A stretch of DNA of 64,000 bases from the human T2T-CHM13v2.0 reference genome, Homo sapiens (GCF_009914755.1 NC_060937.1); one strand, 5' to 3'; positions 23,820-37,879 are shown, numbered from the stretch's first letter. Made by a program: numbers and translations. The notes: generated by a model from the sequence alone, not told the origin.

Positions 23820-25270
23820 TAGCAATAACTATTAAAACTAGATATTAGTATACCTATGACCAGAATTTCCAGGCTTGGATATAGACCCTCTGTGATATTA
23901 TGATATCATGTGCATATGGTTAATATCGATAGTTCTTGGTTCATAACTCTCATAGCCCTTGTTATAATGTTGGGGTGAGTCAGACCTGAGAAGCAGACCT
24001 TAGAAAATAAAATATCACTCTCTGACCTGCTGATCTCCTTACATTTGCTCTTTTTTTCTCCCCAGGCAGGGCAGGAATCTTCCCCTACGTTTCTGTTTTG
24101 AAATTCTCTGACCTCCCTTATCTGATTGCAAATATGACTCCCATTTCAGAAGGGGTCCTGCCTCCTACCCTGTAGGAAGGAAAGCTTCACTGAAAGACCA
24201 AGAAGAATCTAAACAGACAGGCCGTGCTGTGTTTCCTTAAACAGTCTATTAGTATTAGATCACACCCTTTTGTCTAGTCTATACAATTGTCCTTACTTCA
24301 ATCCTACTTACCTAACAAAGTTCTCCAGAAAATGCCTGAGAAGACAGGGTATGGGGAGCTTCCAGGACAGTTGACTGAATGCATGGATATTACGGGGGGT
24401 GGTTCACCTTGGGAGGGCATGGAAGTTTTACATCCTTTACCTCCTACCTGGCTCTAGGCATCTCTTCATCTATTTTCTTTGCAGTATCATTTATAATAAA
24501 CCAGTAAACGTAAGTGTTTACTTGAGTTCTGTGAGCCACTCTAACAAATTAAACCCAAGGAGGGAGTTGTGGGAATTCTGATTTATAGCCCATCAGTCAA
24601 AAGCACAGGTACAACATTCTGAGGCTTGTGATTGGCATCAAAAGTGAGGAGCGGTCTTGTGGGACTGAGCCCTCAACCTGTAGAATTTGATGGTATTTCC
24701 ATAGAAGACAGTATGGGGATTTCATTGGAGGACATTTGTCTTTTATCCACTGAATAACTGATTGCTTGCTTGCTGGTGGGAAGAAAATCCCACACATGTA
24801 GTCACAGAAGTCTTCATGTTGATTGTTGTGTTGTGAGAGCAGAGAAAAACTGTTTTTTCTACTCACATCCTTAAAACATATGCCTTTATGAATAGAAAGT
24901 TACAACCAAAAATTTCATTGCATCGTAATGTAATAGCCAAAAACCTTCAAATAGTTGAAATCTTCATTAACCATTGAATATATAAATAAAATATAGTATG
25001 TTCATATAACACATTATTATACACCATTGAGAATGAAGTATAATATTGATGAGACTCACATATATAATTGTATGTTTTTTTGTATAAGATGTATACAAAA
25101 AATATAGGCCACATGTTTCCATTAATATAAATCTAAGACACAGGTAAAACATGTTTATGTGTTAGAAGTTAGAAAGTGATGATGTCATTGCAATAAATGG
25201 TGATTCAGAGGGACCACAAAGGGGTCTCTGGTGTGTTGATAATGTTCTATTCATTGCAGTTTAACCTTTT
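23820..25270 (+). mobile_element. Ancient L1ME-like 3' fragment interrupted by MER21
   Basis: 'tacctatgaccagaatttccaggcttggatatagaccc' resumes after MER21 as 'aaaacatatgcc...gtaatagccaaaaacc...gttagaagttagaaagtg'. Confidence 0.65.
23891..24867 (+). mobile_element. MER21 (A/B-like) solo LTR
   Basis: 'tgtgatattatgatat' start, 'ttataataaaccagtaaacgtaagtg', 'gtcttgtgggactgagccctcaacctgt', ends 'ctactcaca'. Confidence 0.88.
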
Positions 25271-25294
25271 CAGGCCCAGTCCTTACAGACATAA

Positions 25295-25698
<404 letters not shown>

Positions 25699-27822
25699 GG
25701 AATCATTCTTAAGTGACATAAATTTCAACAGTAAAATTCGAAATAAATCACAATAAGTTTCAAAAAATTCTTGGAGAATTTCCAAACTACTAAATATAGG
25801 AATATTGATTAATGCAATTATAGAAATAGCGATATTTTCATGAACAATTCCTTTATGCAAGGTTTGTTGAAACAAGGATGAAACTTTTATTATCAGCCAA
25901 AAATAATCTTGGCATAAAATCATTGGGATCCACTATATTATTAAATGGACAATACCGTATTTATATTTCATAATTAGATTTCAAATTTATTACAGTAGTA
26001 TATTATACGAGGCTAAAATTCATCATTAAAGTAATTATCTTTACTTTCCTGTTTCTCCTCAATCAGTTTGGATATAGTGGGAAGAAAAGATGTTGTTTTT
26101 AGGATAAAGTCTTATGCAATATACACATGAAAACTGGAAAATATTGTTGAGAAGATTTTGTAACTATTTGTGTATTCATAAGTATGGAAAATATATAGTG
26201 TTTACAATATTTAGTTCTGGAAATGAAAGAAAATATTTCTTTGTAGCATATGGTACATTCAATTTTAAAAAGGAGTATTTTAGGAGAGAAATTATATAAA
26301 ATAAAAATTTTGAGTATAGGCAAGAAAAATTCCAGTGAGAATAGTTAGAATAAATTTAACAGTGAATGCTACTATTTACAAATTCTAGTGTTCAGTAAGT
26401 AATAATCTAAAATCAGATGCTTTATTTAGCCGAACATAAAGCCAAAGTCACTTAAATATGTCATTTGGTCTGGCAAAAAGCATGTAACACTATATTGAAC
26501 TAAAAATGTATAATTTTATATTACAGAGAAATAGCAACACTTTCACCTCCTGAAAATAAGAAAAATTATCACTGGCCTCTGGGTTTCTTTCCTCAAAATC
26601 AACGTTGTGGAACCCAAGATGTAAAGGTGAAGGTAAATTACAGGAACTAACTTTTGTACATTAACCTTAGTTAATCTGGTTGTGCAGAGTTCTTAGTTCC
26701 TTTTGATAAATAATTGTAGCCATTGGTAAAATTTGAAATAGATGGACTTATTTATAAAGTCTAACAACGTTCTAGTTTGCTGTATCTTAAATATTGTCTA
26801 ACACTGACTTGCAAGAAAAGCTCACTGAGGCTTATTTTTGAAGGCAGGTTTCATTTACTGTTATGGCCAACTTGAAGCAATAATAAGTTAGCCATACCAA
26901 TAGTTGGACTTGAGATCATTTAGAAATTAAACCTCAGATGACTTCGTTAAAGATATAGGTTATAGGCATTGTTAGATATGTAGGGTGTTGAGAGTATTTT
27001 AATCAATCTAAAAACTTGAATACTTTAAATTTTACTAATAAGAATTTACATCTAGTGTTTATAATGCTAATTAAAACATTAATTGTACCAATACAAAACT
27101 ATTTATGACCTTCACTTTAATAATTTGCAACATTTCTGGTCTAGATCAGAGATAAAGGTAGCTGAAATATTTGTAGGAACCACCTCTGGAATTTAGACTT
27201 TCTGATAAAATGATAATTGACCACTCCTGAAATGTATAAAGTATTTTATTGTATTGTGTATGTACTGTATTGAATGTATATTGTATTGGCTAGTAAAAGA
27301 CTAGCCAATCTGAATTATAATTGAATTTATTTGAAAAAACACACAGACACGCACACATACACTTGCATATATCATACTATACTGTCTTTGGGAAGGATTT
27401 TAGAGTACTTTAAAATATTAACTTTAAAAATGTGAGAAACTCTGGAGAAGCTATAAACAATATTGGACTGCTGTGCATTTGTTGAAGGTAGGTAGGGCTA
27501 GAAAGGAAAAGGTAGGTTAAAACCTGATAAAGAAAGAAGTCAGAGGCAGTTCTGAAGGAATAGCAGAAAAAAATATTTTTATGTTCTGATAATGCTGGTA
27601 CACATTTCCATAGCTTTAAAGCAATAAAGGCCAAGACATTTATTGATGAAATCAGCAACAACAAATTCAGAACTACCAGTGCCAGTGTCAAGCAAGTCTT
27701 TTTGTTGAAGACTTACTGGATCAAAATCTGTACTTCCCTTTAAGAGGATAAATGTGAAATTCTGACTAAATAAATACGTGGCCAAGTGGTCTCAGTCAAG
27801 AGTTATCAAAAGTGCCTCTGTG

Positions 27823-29720
27823 AGGACTTCTGGTTTTAGCTCTTGCATGTAAAGCACATGGAAGTTGCAATTCCATTCTTAAAACAAGAACATGTTAAGA
27901 AAATTGAAAATAAATGACTTTCCTTGGATCCATCAATAATAAGCTACCACTGTAGAATTATTAGAATGGTTACAATCCATAAACCTGACAGCACCCATTG
28001 CTGGTGAAGATGCAAAACAACAGGAACTCTCAATCATGGTTGACGGGAATGAAAATGGTACAAACACTTTGTAAAATGTTTGGTACATTTTTTTACAGAG
28101 TTAAACATAGTCTTATCACATAATACAGAAAGAACAGTCCTGGTTTTTACCCAACTTATTTGAAAACTTTTGTCTACACAAAAACTTGCACATAAATGTT
28201 CATCACAGCTTTATTCATAATCACCAAGAACTGGAAAGAAAAAAAGATGTCCTTCAATAGATGAATCATACAGTATATATACTTTAGAGACTGGCTTATT
28301 TAGCTTAGCAATAGGTATTTAGGAATTTACCATGGCTTGATAATTTGTATAAGGTGTTTTCCACCAGAATATAGATTAACAATTCTAAAATCTTTATACC
28401 TGCATCCTGAAGTTGATTTATTAAACAAATGATGACAAATGGTAGAAGCCAGGCATTCTTACTATTAAAGTAGAATGTTACAGATAAGCAAGGGGTTTAA
28501 GTTAGATTGTGTGGTAGTAGACTAGATTTGGAAACATAAATATAAACTCATGTTTAACTTAATATGAATAGACATGCTTACATATAGGAATATTTATAGA
28601 TATGTGTACATACTTTGGTTAGTACACATGCATATTTCTTTATTCTGGCACACGAGAGGTTCTAGTAGCAAAGACAGTCCATTAGCAACAAGCAAACCAA
28701 GCAGGCTGATTATGGTTTCTAACCGCAATCTCTAGTAAAAGAAACTAGGTTCTCTGTGGGAAAAGGGATGGTTGTTGGGCTGGGCAGAAAATATATAATA
28801 TGAACCTGGGGTATTTTGTAGTGCCAGAATGTAATAACATACTCAAAAAAGAAAATAAAACAAACAAAAAAAACCCCAACAATAATAGTATGTCAAAAGG
28901 ACACAAAGCCAACTAAAAGAGCTTCCAATAGTCAAGGCTGAAACAATTTGAGCAAGGACATACATAAAGTAGTGTTAGATTTTAACCCAACATAAAATAA
29001 ATATTCATGTGCCTATGTTGACATAAACATATAATTTGAGTTGATCAATGGCAAGGAAGATACAAATGTCCTCTGCAGAAAAATCTGAAATAATTTAGAT
29101 AGCTAGCTACTCTGTTATGAAGGAGGTTAAACATAGCTCCTCACTTCTTAACTGTGGGCTATACATAGTGATTTCCTTCCAACAAATACAATATGGAAAA
29201 GGGAAAAAGAGTAAATTTACAGTGAAGAAACCTGATAAAAACTACCTCAACCAGATGATCAAGGTTAGCATCATCAGTGATAACTCATTTGCATAGTGTC
29301 TACCCTTGATATGATGTACTGAGAATTGTACTTTATCTATGTAGTCTTCTGCCCCAACACCCATAACTTTGACCCTGAAAAAATTTGCAAACAGATCCCA
29401 ATTGAGAAATATTCTATGAAATATCTCACCTGTACAAAACACTGTGAAAGTCATCAAAATCAAGGAGTGTATGGAAAACTGACATCAAGAGAAGCTTAGG
29501 AGACATTACTACCAAATGTCACGTGGTATCCTGGATCAAAACTTGAAAGAGAAAAAGGACTTGTATCAATATGGGTTTATACATTTTAACAAGTGCATTA
29601 TCCTAAATGTAAGATATTAATAATAGAAAAAACTGGGTGCTGAGTATATGGGAACTCAGTAGTATATTCACAACCTTTAGTAAACCTGAAACTATTCTAA
29701 AATAAAAGCATTGATTTAAA
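27823..29720 (+). mobile_element. Rearranged L1MC/L1MD element (5'-UTR-like stub joined to 3' region)
   Basis: 5'-end-like 'gacttctggttttagctc...gactttccttggatccatca'. ORF2-end text 'gctggtgaagatgcaaaacaacaggaactctc'. Long 3' UTR ending 'aaactattctaaaataaaag'. Confidence 0.7.
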
Positions 29721-30224
29721 ATAATAAAAAGCAATAACCAAAAAAAGTGTCTCTTTGATGCATGTAGATAATTACTTTTCATGTTTTCCACAATTCATGG
29801 CCATTCCTAAAAACATATTAATAATAGAAATATATAAAATTTGTATAGTCATTGTTATGTGTTAGTCATTTTTCTAAGATTTACATACAAACACATACAT
29901 ACAGACAGACCCAAATACATATACATATGTTCATATCTGTGGAGTGTGTGTATGCAGCATATCTGTGTGTGTATATATGCATGCATACACACACATTTTA
30001 TGTATATATCCATATATATTCAATATATATGTTTGTTATAAACACATATGTAAATTAAATTAACCTTATAACAACTGTTGCTTTTACTACTATTCTCAAC
30101 TTACAAGTTAGAAATTTGGAGAAATACTGGAGATATATATTCCAATAAAAATTGTAATTTGCTCAAGTATATCTTATAATTTTTTATTAGCATAGGGCCA
30201 TTGATAAAACCTATAAGTGATTTA

Positions 30225-30430
30225 TGATAATTGGCATTTAATTCTCAATAAGCTACCCAATGAGTTACATACTAACATTTTTCCTTTTTTACATATGGGT
30301 AAACTGAGGCACAAAAAGGTAAATATTCTACATGCCACACATCCTTTGACTAGTAAGTTGTAAATATTACCAGCAGTGTACTTTGAATATAAGGGATCTG
30401 ATTCCAGAGTAATGTGCTTAACCTCTTTTC
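30225..30430 (-). mobile_element. MIR SINE
   Basis: 'ttttacatatgggtaaactgaggcacaaaaaggtaaat', 'tctgattccagag...gcttaacc'. Confidence 0.75.
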
Positions 30431-30539
30431 TATCATGGCCCCCAGGCTCCACATTAAAAATTCCATAAAATCACAAATAGGAGAGGAAAGAAAAGGCACT
30501 CCTATATATAGTATATAAAATTTAAGAATATCAGAGGCC

Positions 30540-32030
30540 AAAATGAAAATTCTAAAATTTTATAGAAGAATAGGAACTCATTCTAAGAATTATACTATGA
30601 ATCAGATTTTTCACCTGCAATATTACATGCAAGAAGACAAATAGAGCATTTTGTTTTTTGCAGGAAACTATTAAATACATTAGCATCTAAATTTCACATT
30701 TACTCAAACTTTTACTTAATTTGGGGAATAAAGAAACCATTAGATAAACAGGTTATTTGTGTTCTACCATACAAAATGCAGGTTGAAATATTTTGAAGGT
30801 TTTATATTAATATTTACAGAAATAAATCAAGGAAATGCTTGAAGACATAGAAAATGGAAATGTTCAAATAGCTTGCCACTTAATAGTTTCTTACACCATC
30901 CTATTATTTTTGAGAACTAAAGAATACCTAATGTTATTACAGACTATGTCTCATTTTTATGCTAAATGAGAAAATAAGAGCATTCTGAAATACTCCTTTT
31001 GTGAGATTATATAAATATATATATATATATAACTACTTAATCAATTGGTACATATTAACATACATGATTATCTAGTAGTGGAACATCATGGACATAAAAA
31101 TAGAGTGCACATGCATGACTATTAATCCAACAGAGAAAATTTGGCCTATGTATTGCAAAACACAAAAGTGGGGCAGGAGGATTAACAAAAGAAATTCTGT
31201 AAATAAAAAGTATGAAAAAATATGGTAGGAAAAACCTGAACAATGATCTGCTAAATGTAGCTTAAATGAGTTAAACTCACAAAGTAAAATCCAAAGATCT
31301 TTTTGCATATTGGCTAAAGCAACATCATTCACCAGTACACTATCCGAAATTGACAATAAACACAATTTCCAACACCCCTCTTCCACACACAAATACACAC
31401 AGAAAGACTGGGAGATGGGAATGATATTCAAGAAAAACAAAAGATTTTAGTGGTCAAGGCATGGAATTACGTATTGTGTACTGGTAAAAGTAACAATGGA
31501 ACAAGAATGTATATCTATCATAAGCATTTGTGAACAGACCCATAACATAAATTAAATAAAGTGGACAAACTGTATGGAGAGTTAAATAAATCAATAGTTG
31601 TGGGATGTAGGATATGTTCGAATTTTAACACAAATTATGAAAAGAGTTTTTAAAAATTAGCAGATGCATCAAATATTTAAATAACACAATTTGTTCATTT
31701 GCATGGGCATATAAAACCTAAATATATCATTGGGCAATAATACAATTGAAGAAATAAATAACATGGTAGACTAAAAATGGTTACAAAACATAAATAGCAT
31801 TGAGTCTACATTCTCTGAGAAAAAAGTGAGAAAATAAAAATTAATCTAAAATGGATAGATTCAATATGATTGACATATAACATACTGTCAAACAATTTTT
31901 AGACCCCCAAATAACAAAAGAATCTAAAGCAAATATAAAGGAAAACATTTAAAAAGTTCAGGACTGTTAAAATTATAAAGCAAAACACACATAAGGGATT
32001 ACTTAAATAGAAGTCACAAAGGATTAGGCT
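30540..32030 (+). mobile_element. Very degraded L1M ORF1/ORF2-derived fragment
   Basis: A-rich strand bias with residual L1 text ('aaataaatcaatagttgtggga', 'acattctctgagaaaaaagtgagaaaataaaaattaat'). Confidence 0.4.
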
Positions 32031-32289
32031 ATAAAATTATTCATCACAGTTATTATATATAAAAATATCTTAAACATACCAAGTGGGAGAAAGTATATAA
32101 ACATTTTTTGATTTTTTGCCAATAGCTTGTGAAACATTATTGTCCTTTCATATTTTAAAATAAAATTTAGTATAATCAAAATTATTTTAATTTCATCTTT
32201 CATAATATAAATTACATGTATATTTAAATTTCAATAACACATAAAAATGTATAAATATTGGGTGATTTTATAAATATTTATTTATGCTT

Positions 32290-33853
32290 TAAAAATTTTC
32301 TTTCCAAGTTTGTATAAACTTAAGGGGTACAAGTACAGTTTTGCTACATGGATATACTGTGTGGTGGTGAAGTCTAGGCTTTTTGAAGAATTATCACCAG
32401 AATAATGCACATTGTACCCAGGAAGTATTTTCTCATCCCTCACCCACTTCCCATTCTCCCAGCTTTTAGTCACCAATGTTTATTATTCCACACTCAAAAT
32501 CCATTTGTATACATTACCTAGCTTCCACTTATATGTGAGAATTTGATATTTAACATTGTTTCAGAATTGTTTCACTTAAGGTAGTAGCCTCCAATCCCAT
32601 CCATGTTGCTGCAAAAGACATGATTTCATTCCCTTGTATGGCTAAAAAATTATTCCATGGTGTATATATACCACATTTTCTTTATCCATTCATCTGTTGA
32701 TGGACCCTTAGGTTGATTACATATCTGGTTATTGTGAATAGTGTGATAAACAAACAAGTCCAGTTATCTTTTTCTTATAATTATTTTTTTCTTTTGAATT
32801 GATACCAAGCAGCGAGATTGCTGAATCAACTAATAGTTCTACTTTTAGTTATTTGAGAAATCTCCATACTTTTTTGATGGAAGTTGTATTGATTTACATT
32901 TCTACCAACAGTGTATAAGCATTCTTTTTTCTCTACACCTTTACCAACATTTGTTATTTTTTGACTTTTTAGTAATTGCCATTCTGACTGGTATAACATG
33001 ATATTTCATTGTGGTATAATTTGCATTTCTTTGATGATTAGTGATGTTGAGCGTTTTTTAATATACTTGTTCATTTGTATATCTTCTTTTGAAAAATGTC
33101 TATTCATGACCTATGTGCACTTTTTAATGAGATTGTTTGTTTGTTGTTGTTGTTGTTGTGTTATTTGAGTTCCTTGTAAATTCTGGATATTAGCCCCCTA
33201 TCAGATTCACAGTTTGCAAACATTTTCTTCCACTGTGCAGGTTGTCGGTTCACTCTATTGTTATTCTTTTATTCTATTATTTATTTTGCTGTGCAGATTT
33301 TCAGTTTAATTAAGTCCCATTTGTCTATGCTTGTTTTTGTTGCTTGTACTCTTGAGGTCTTAGTCATAATTTTTTTTTTTTTTTTTGCCTAATCCACTAT
33401 CCTGAAGAATTTTGCCTAGGTTTTCATCTAATATTTTAATAATTTCAGGTTTTACATTTAAGTCTTATTCCATCTTGACTAGATTTTTATATGGTGAGAA
33501 ATAGGGGTCTAGTTTCATTTTTCTGCTTATGACAGTCCCATTTTCCCAGCACCATTCGTTGAAAAGGGTGTCCTTTCCTCAGTGCATGTTTTTGTCTACT
33601 TTGTCAAAGATAAGTTGGCTGTAGGTATTTGGCTTCATTTTGAGGTTCTCTATTTTGTTTAATTTATCTATGTGTCTATTTTTACAAGTACCATGCTCTT
33701 TTAGTTACCAAATCCTTGTAATTTATTTTGAATTTGGGTAATGTGATGTCTCTTGTTTTATTATTTTTGCTTAGGATTGCTTTGGCTATTTGAGCTTTTT
33801 TGGGGTTCTATATGAATTTTAGGATTTTTTCCTAATTCTGTGAAAAATGATAT
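32290..33853 (-). mobile_element. L1PB (PB3/PB4-like) 3' segment of a twin-primed insertion
   Basis: 'ttaaggggtacaagtacagttttgctacatggatatactgtgtggtggtgaagtct' 3' end, then continuous antisense ORF2 to 'ttctgtgaaaaatgatatc'. Confidence 0.9.
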
Positions 33854-34065
33854 CATTATCACTTCATAATAAAAACTTTAGCAAACTAAACATATAAGAA
33901 ACATACCTCAAAGTCATAAAGGCCATATGACAAACCCACAGCAAAAGTCATACTTAATGAGAAAAATTTGAAGGAAATCCCCTTGAGAAATGGAACAAGA
34001 CAAGGATGCCCACTTTCACCACTCTTATTCAACAAAGTACTGGAAATCCTAGCCATAGCATTCAG

Positions 34066-34101
<36 letters not shown>

Positions 34102-34563
34102 AAAAGAAAAAAGAAATAAAAAATCCAAATTAGAAAAGAGGAAGTCAAATTATTTTTGTTCACTGATGATATGATCTTATATCTGGAAAGCCCTAAAGAC
34201 TTCTCCAAAAATCCGTTAACTTTAATAAATGAATCAGGCAAAGTTTCAGAATACAAAATTAATGTACAAAAATCAGTAGCATTTTTACACACCAACAACA
34301 ATAAAGTTGAGAATCAAATAAAGAAGGCAATCTCATTTACAGTAACTACAAAAAAAGTAAAATAAAATACTTGGGAATATGCTTAACAAAGGAGGTAAAA
34401 GTCTCTATAAGAAAAAACTGCAAAACACTGATGAAAAAAATTGTAGATGACACAAACAAAACACAAATAGAAAAATATCCCTTATTTATGGATGGGAAGA
34501 ACTTATATCATTAAAATGACCATACTGCACAAAACAATCTATAGATTCAATGCAATCCCTATC
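33854..34563 (+). mobile_element. Inverted L1 ORF2 (reverse transcriptase) segment of the same insertion
   Basis: Translates to '[20 protein letters not shown]' and '[14 protein letters not shown]...SGKVSEYKINVQKSVAFL' (L1 RT, degenerate FADD motif). Frameshifted and non-functional. Confidence 0.93.
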
Positions 34564-36305
34564 CTAGGTATATTTAAAAGTTCAGTACAATAAAGATAAA
34601 ATTTTTATCTGAATAAGTCATGTTATGTCAACTCATTAATTTTCATAATATTTAACTTAATTTTTGTTTTTGGTCATTTTTGAAATAATTATATCAATTG
34701 TATGTTATAGAATTTCTCTGGAATTTACAGGATTTTGAGAAAGTATGAGACTTGCTCTTTTAATTAAACACATCTCTACATAGCAGTTCTTTCAACTGTG
34801 TTTCTTTTTATGCTCTCCAGTGCTCACACCCTTAAAAGTTCTTTTCTGAAAAACAACTTCCTACCAATTGACTCCACGGGGTTACTGAGTAAGAGCAACA
34901 AGAACTAAGAAACAATCTTTTCTACTTACAGAAGAGCTTACTACTATAAAATAAAAAATTGAGGATATAAGGCTCTCTGACGTCTTATTTATATTTCTTA
35001 AGCTTTTTCTGTCTTGTTTGAAGATATATATTTGTGTTAGATATTATTTGATAATGCTTTGCTGTGTTCAAATATTTGTCCCAGGCCACTTTATTTCTGC
35101 TGAAGTCCTAAGTATTCAGTAAATGATGGTGGTGTTTTCTTATAATTTCCACCTCTATCTTTCCTTCTTTTTTTTTTGGTTATGTCAATTCTATAAAACA
35201 GGGAAGAGAAACTGATTTGGCTCATTTTTAGTGAATGGGAAAATGACTGATGAAGAAGAAAATGACTGTGTGAAGAGGGTTTCACACAGCTGATGCTATT
35301 AATTCTACCTGGTTGAAGAGGTAACAACAGCACAAACTAGTTATAGCTGGGAGAAAATTATACTCCTGCTGAAAACAGAAAAGGGTTTCCTGGAATTTTT
35401 TCTTACAAGATTAATCCATCTGGTGTCAAAGATTCTAATTAGCTCTTGGTATCATTCCCACTACTGAGCTCATTTAGAAATTTATGAGGGAAAATTACCT
35501 ACAAAAAGCTTTCAAGGAGCAAAGACATTTTCAATTCTTTCAGGAATGAGAGGGTAGCTATGGCCACGGAAATAGAAACTGCAGTAAAAGTCTCATAAGT
35601 TTGTGGACAATTTCAGGGATATTAAGGCAAAAATGAAATAAGATATAGTGAACAGATATATGCATCTTCATAGACTTAGAAAATAAAATTTATATTATTC
35701 CCAAATTAATTCAAATTCCTATCAATTAAGATATCTCCAAAAGGGTATAAATTTTATTAGCCATCTAAAGGCATCATTTACTAGAAAATATAATAAAAGT
35801 CTATACAATGACTTAATTTATAACAATTTCATATTTATCCATTAACTATTCCAGGGCTTATAATGTTTGAAACAATATTTCTCAGTATGTGTTTTATAAG
35901 ATAATAACTTGTTAGATGATAATAGGGAGTGGGAACATAAAGCATTTGTGATCATGTAAAGTCAAAATGTATTGATTTAAAAAATTATTTTATTTATTTC
36001 AGTATTTCTCTGAGCCTTCAATAATTAATTCATTCAGTAACTGATGATTATGACAATTTTATAAAAACTGTCTATGGCCTCTGAGCACTTCCACCTCAGG
36101 ATATACTCTGATAATTTGTGACTTTATTCTACTTTTCTTATTGCTCACGGTAGTCATTTTCTTGTATTTTTGTTCAAATAGAAAATATATTTTACTTGTA
36201 ATGATCTACACGTAATTGTATCTTTTATATCTTTCCCTTTTCAGTCCTCAATTTAGCAAATAAATGAACTCACCTTGTCTAATAGACAAATGTTTGGGGT
36301 TATTT

Positions 36306-36307
<2 letters not shown>

Positions 36308-36337
<30 letters not shown>
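36308..36337. repeat. (GT)15 microsatellite
   Basis: Direct reading; it abuts the L1MA tail. Confidence 0.95.
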
Positions 36338-36339
<2 letters not shown>

Positions 36340-36344
36340 CTTTA

Positions 36345-37050
36345 CTTTTTTAAATTGATACATAATAGTTGTACACATTTAAGGGGTAATTGTAGATATT
36401 TTGATACGTGCATACAATATGTAATGATCAAATCAGGGTATTTAGGATATCCATCACCTCAAACATTTGTCATTTCTTTGTGTTGAGGACATTTCAAATC
36501 TCTTCAAGCTATTTTAAGATATAAATTATTATGAAATATAATTTTTCATATGCCCTGCTATGCTATTGCCCTACTGTGCTATTCCTAGCTGTATGTGCCC
36601 ATTAACCAATTTCTCATCCCTCCCTGTCTTTACCCTTTCCACCCTCTAATAACCATCATTCTACTCTGTGCCTTTAGGAGATCAACATTTTTTAGTTCCT
36701 ACATAAGAGCGAGAATATGCCGTACTTGTCTTTCTGCGCTTGGCTTATTTCATTTAACATAATGATTTCCAGTACCACCTATGTTTCTATGAATGACACA
36801 ATTTCATTCTTTTTTTTGGTGACTAATATTCCATTATGTATATATACCACATTTTCTTTATCTGTCTATCTGTTGATGGACAATTAAGGTTGATTCCATA
36901 TCCTGGTTATTGTGACTAGTGCTGCAATAAATATAGAAATGCAGGTATTCTTTTGATGTACTGATTTTCTTACCTTTGAATAAACAGCCAGTAGTGAGAT
37001 TGCTGGATCAAGTGGTAGGTTTATTTTTAGTTTTTTGAGGAGTCTCAAAT
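36345..37050 (-). mobile_element. L1MA 3' end, 5'-truncated
   Basis: 'aattgatacataatagttgtacacattt', 'gtaatgatcaaatcagggta', 'tccatcacctcaaacattt'. Confidence 0.88.
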
Positions 37051-37271
37051 AATGTAGTTTGTACTTTTTTTTTTTTAACTCTGTAACTTGCCAATGGGTT
37101 ATTTAGCAAAGTAACACAGTCCTCACTTATTCTTTCATTCTTCATATGGTGGACACAAATAATTTTGTGTCAGGCATCCATTTCCAATTTCCTATTTTTG
37201 AACAGACTTTTATTATTATTTTTTAATGTATTCACTACATAAATAAAACACATAGTTTTTGATAAGATAGT

Positions 37272-37615
37272 TCGGGGAGAAGTGATGGATAAATAGGTGG
37301 AACACAGGAGATTTTTAGGACAATGAGATAATTCTGTATGACACTGTAATGGGGGATACATGATATTATGCATTTGGCAAAAGTGACAGATCTGTACAAT
37401 GTAGAAAGTGAATATAAATGTAAACTATAGGCGAGTTAATAATAACATATTAATATTGGTTAATCAATTATGACAAATGTGCCACACAAATGCAAGATGT
37501 TAATAAGGAGAGAAATTGAAGATGAGGAAAGTGTATGAGAACTATCTGTGCTTTCTGTTCAATTTTTCTATAAAGTGAAAATTGCTCTAAAATATAGGCT
37601 ATCAATAATAAAATA
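37272..37615 (+). mobile_element. L1MC/L1MD 3' end
   Basis: 'aataggtggaacacaggagatttttaggacaatgaga...ttctgtatgacactgtaatgg', ending 'aaaattgctctaaaatata'. Confidence 0.8.
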
Positions 37616-37879
37616 AACATGAAGCAATAGTGCAATTATGACATGGGCTCTGGTTAGTTTTAAATTGCTTTTCTTTGATGACTGCTATAGATCCAATTGA
37701 CATTGTTTTTGTCAATCAAAGGGAAAAGGTAGTGTTTCTTATATTGGAAAATATATAGTTGATTTTTATCATTCATTATGAAAAAATTATACTTTTTAAA
37801 ATTGCTGTGATAGGTATCTAATGACCATAAGAAGAATCAGACTTAGGATAAAGGCAATGCTTTATTTATGTGTCAAGTC

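Noticed and set aside
27285-27309. Perfect 10-bp hairpin ATTGGCTAGT-aaaag-ACTAGCCAAT (inverted CCAAT boxes)
   Set aside because: About one such stem is expected by chance in 64 kb, and there is no supporting context.
33968-34365. Reverse-transcriptase motifs as a possible novel RT system
   Set aside because: This is an ordinary L1 ORF2 fragment: frameshifted, catalytic motif degenerate, and part of the inverted L1PB.
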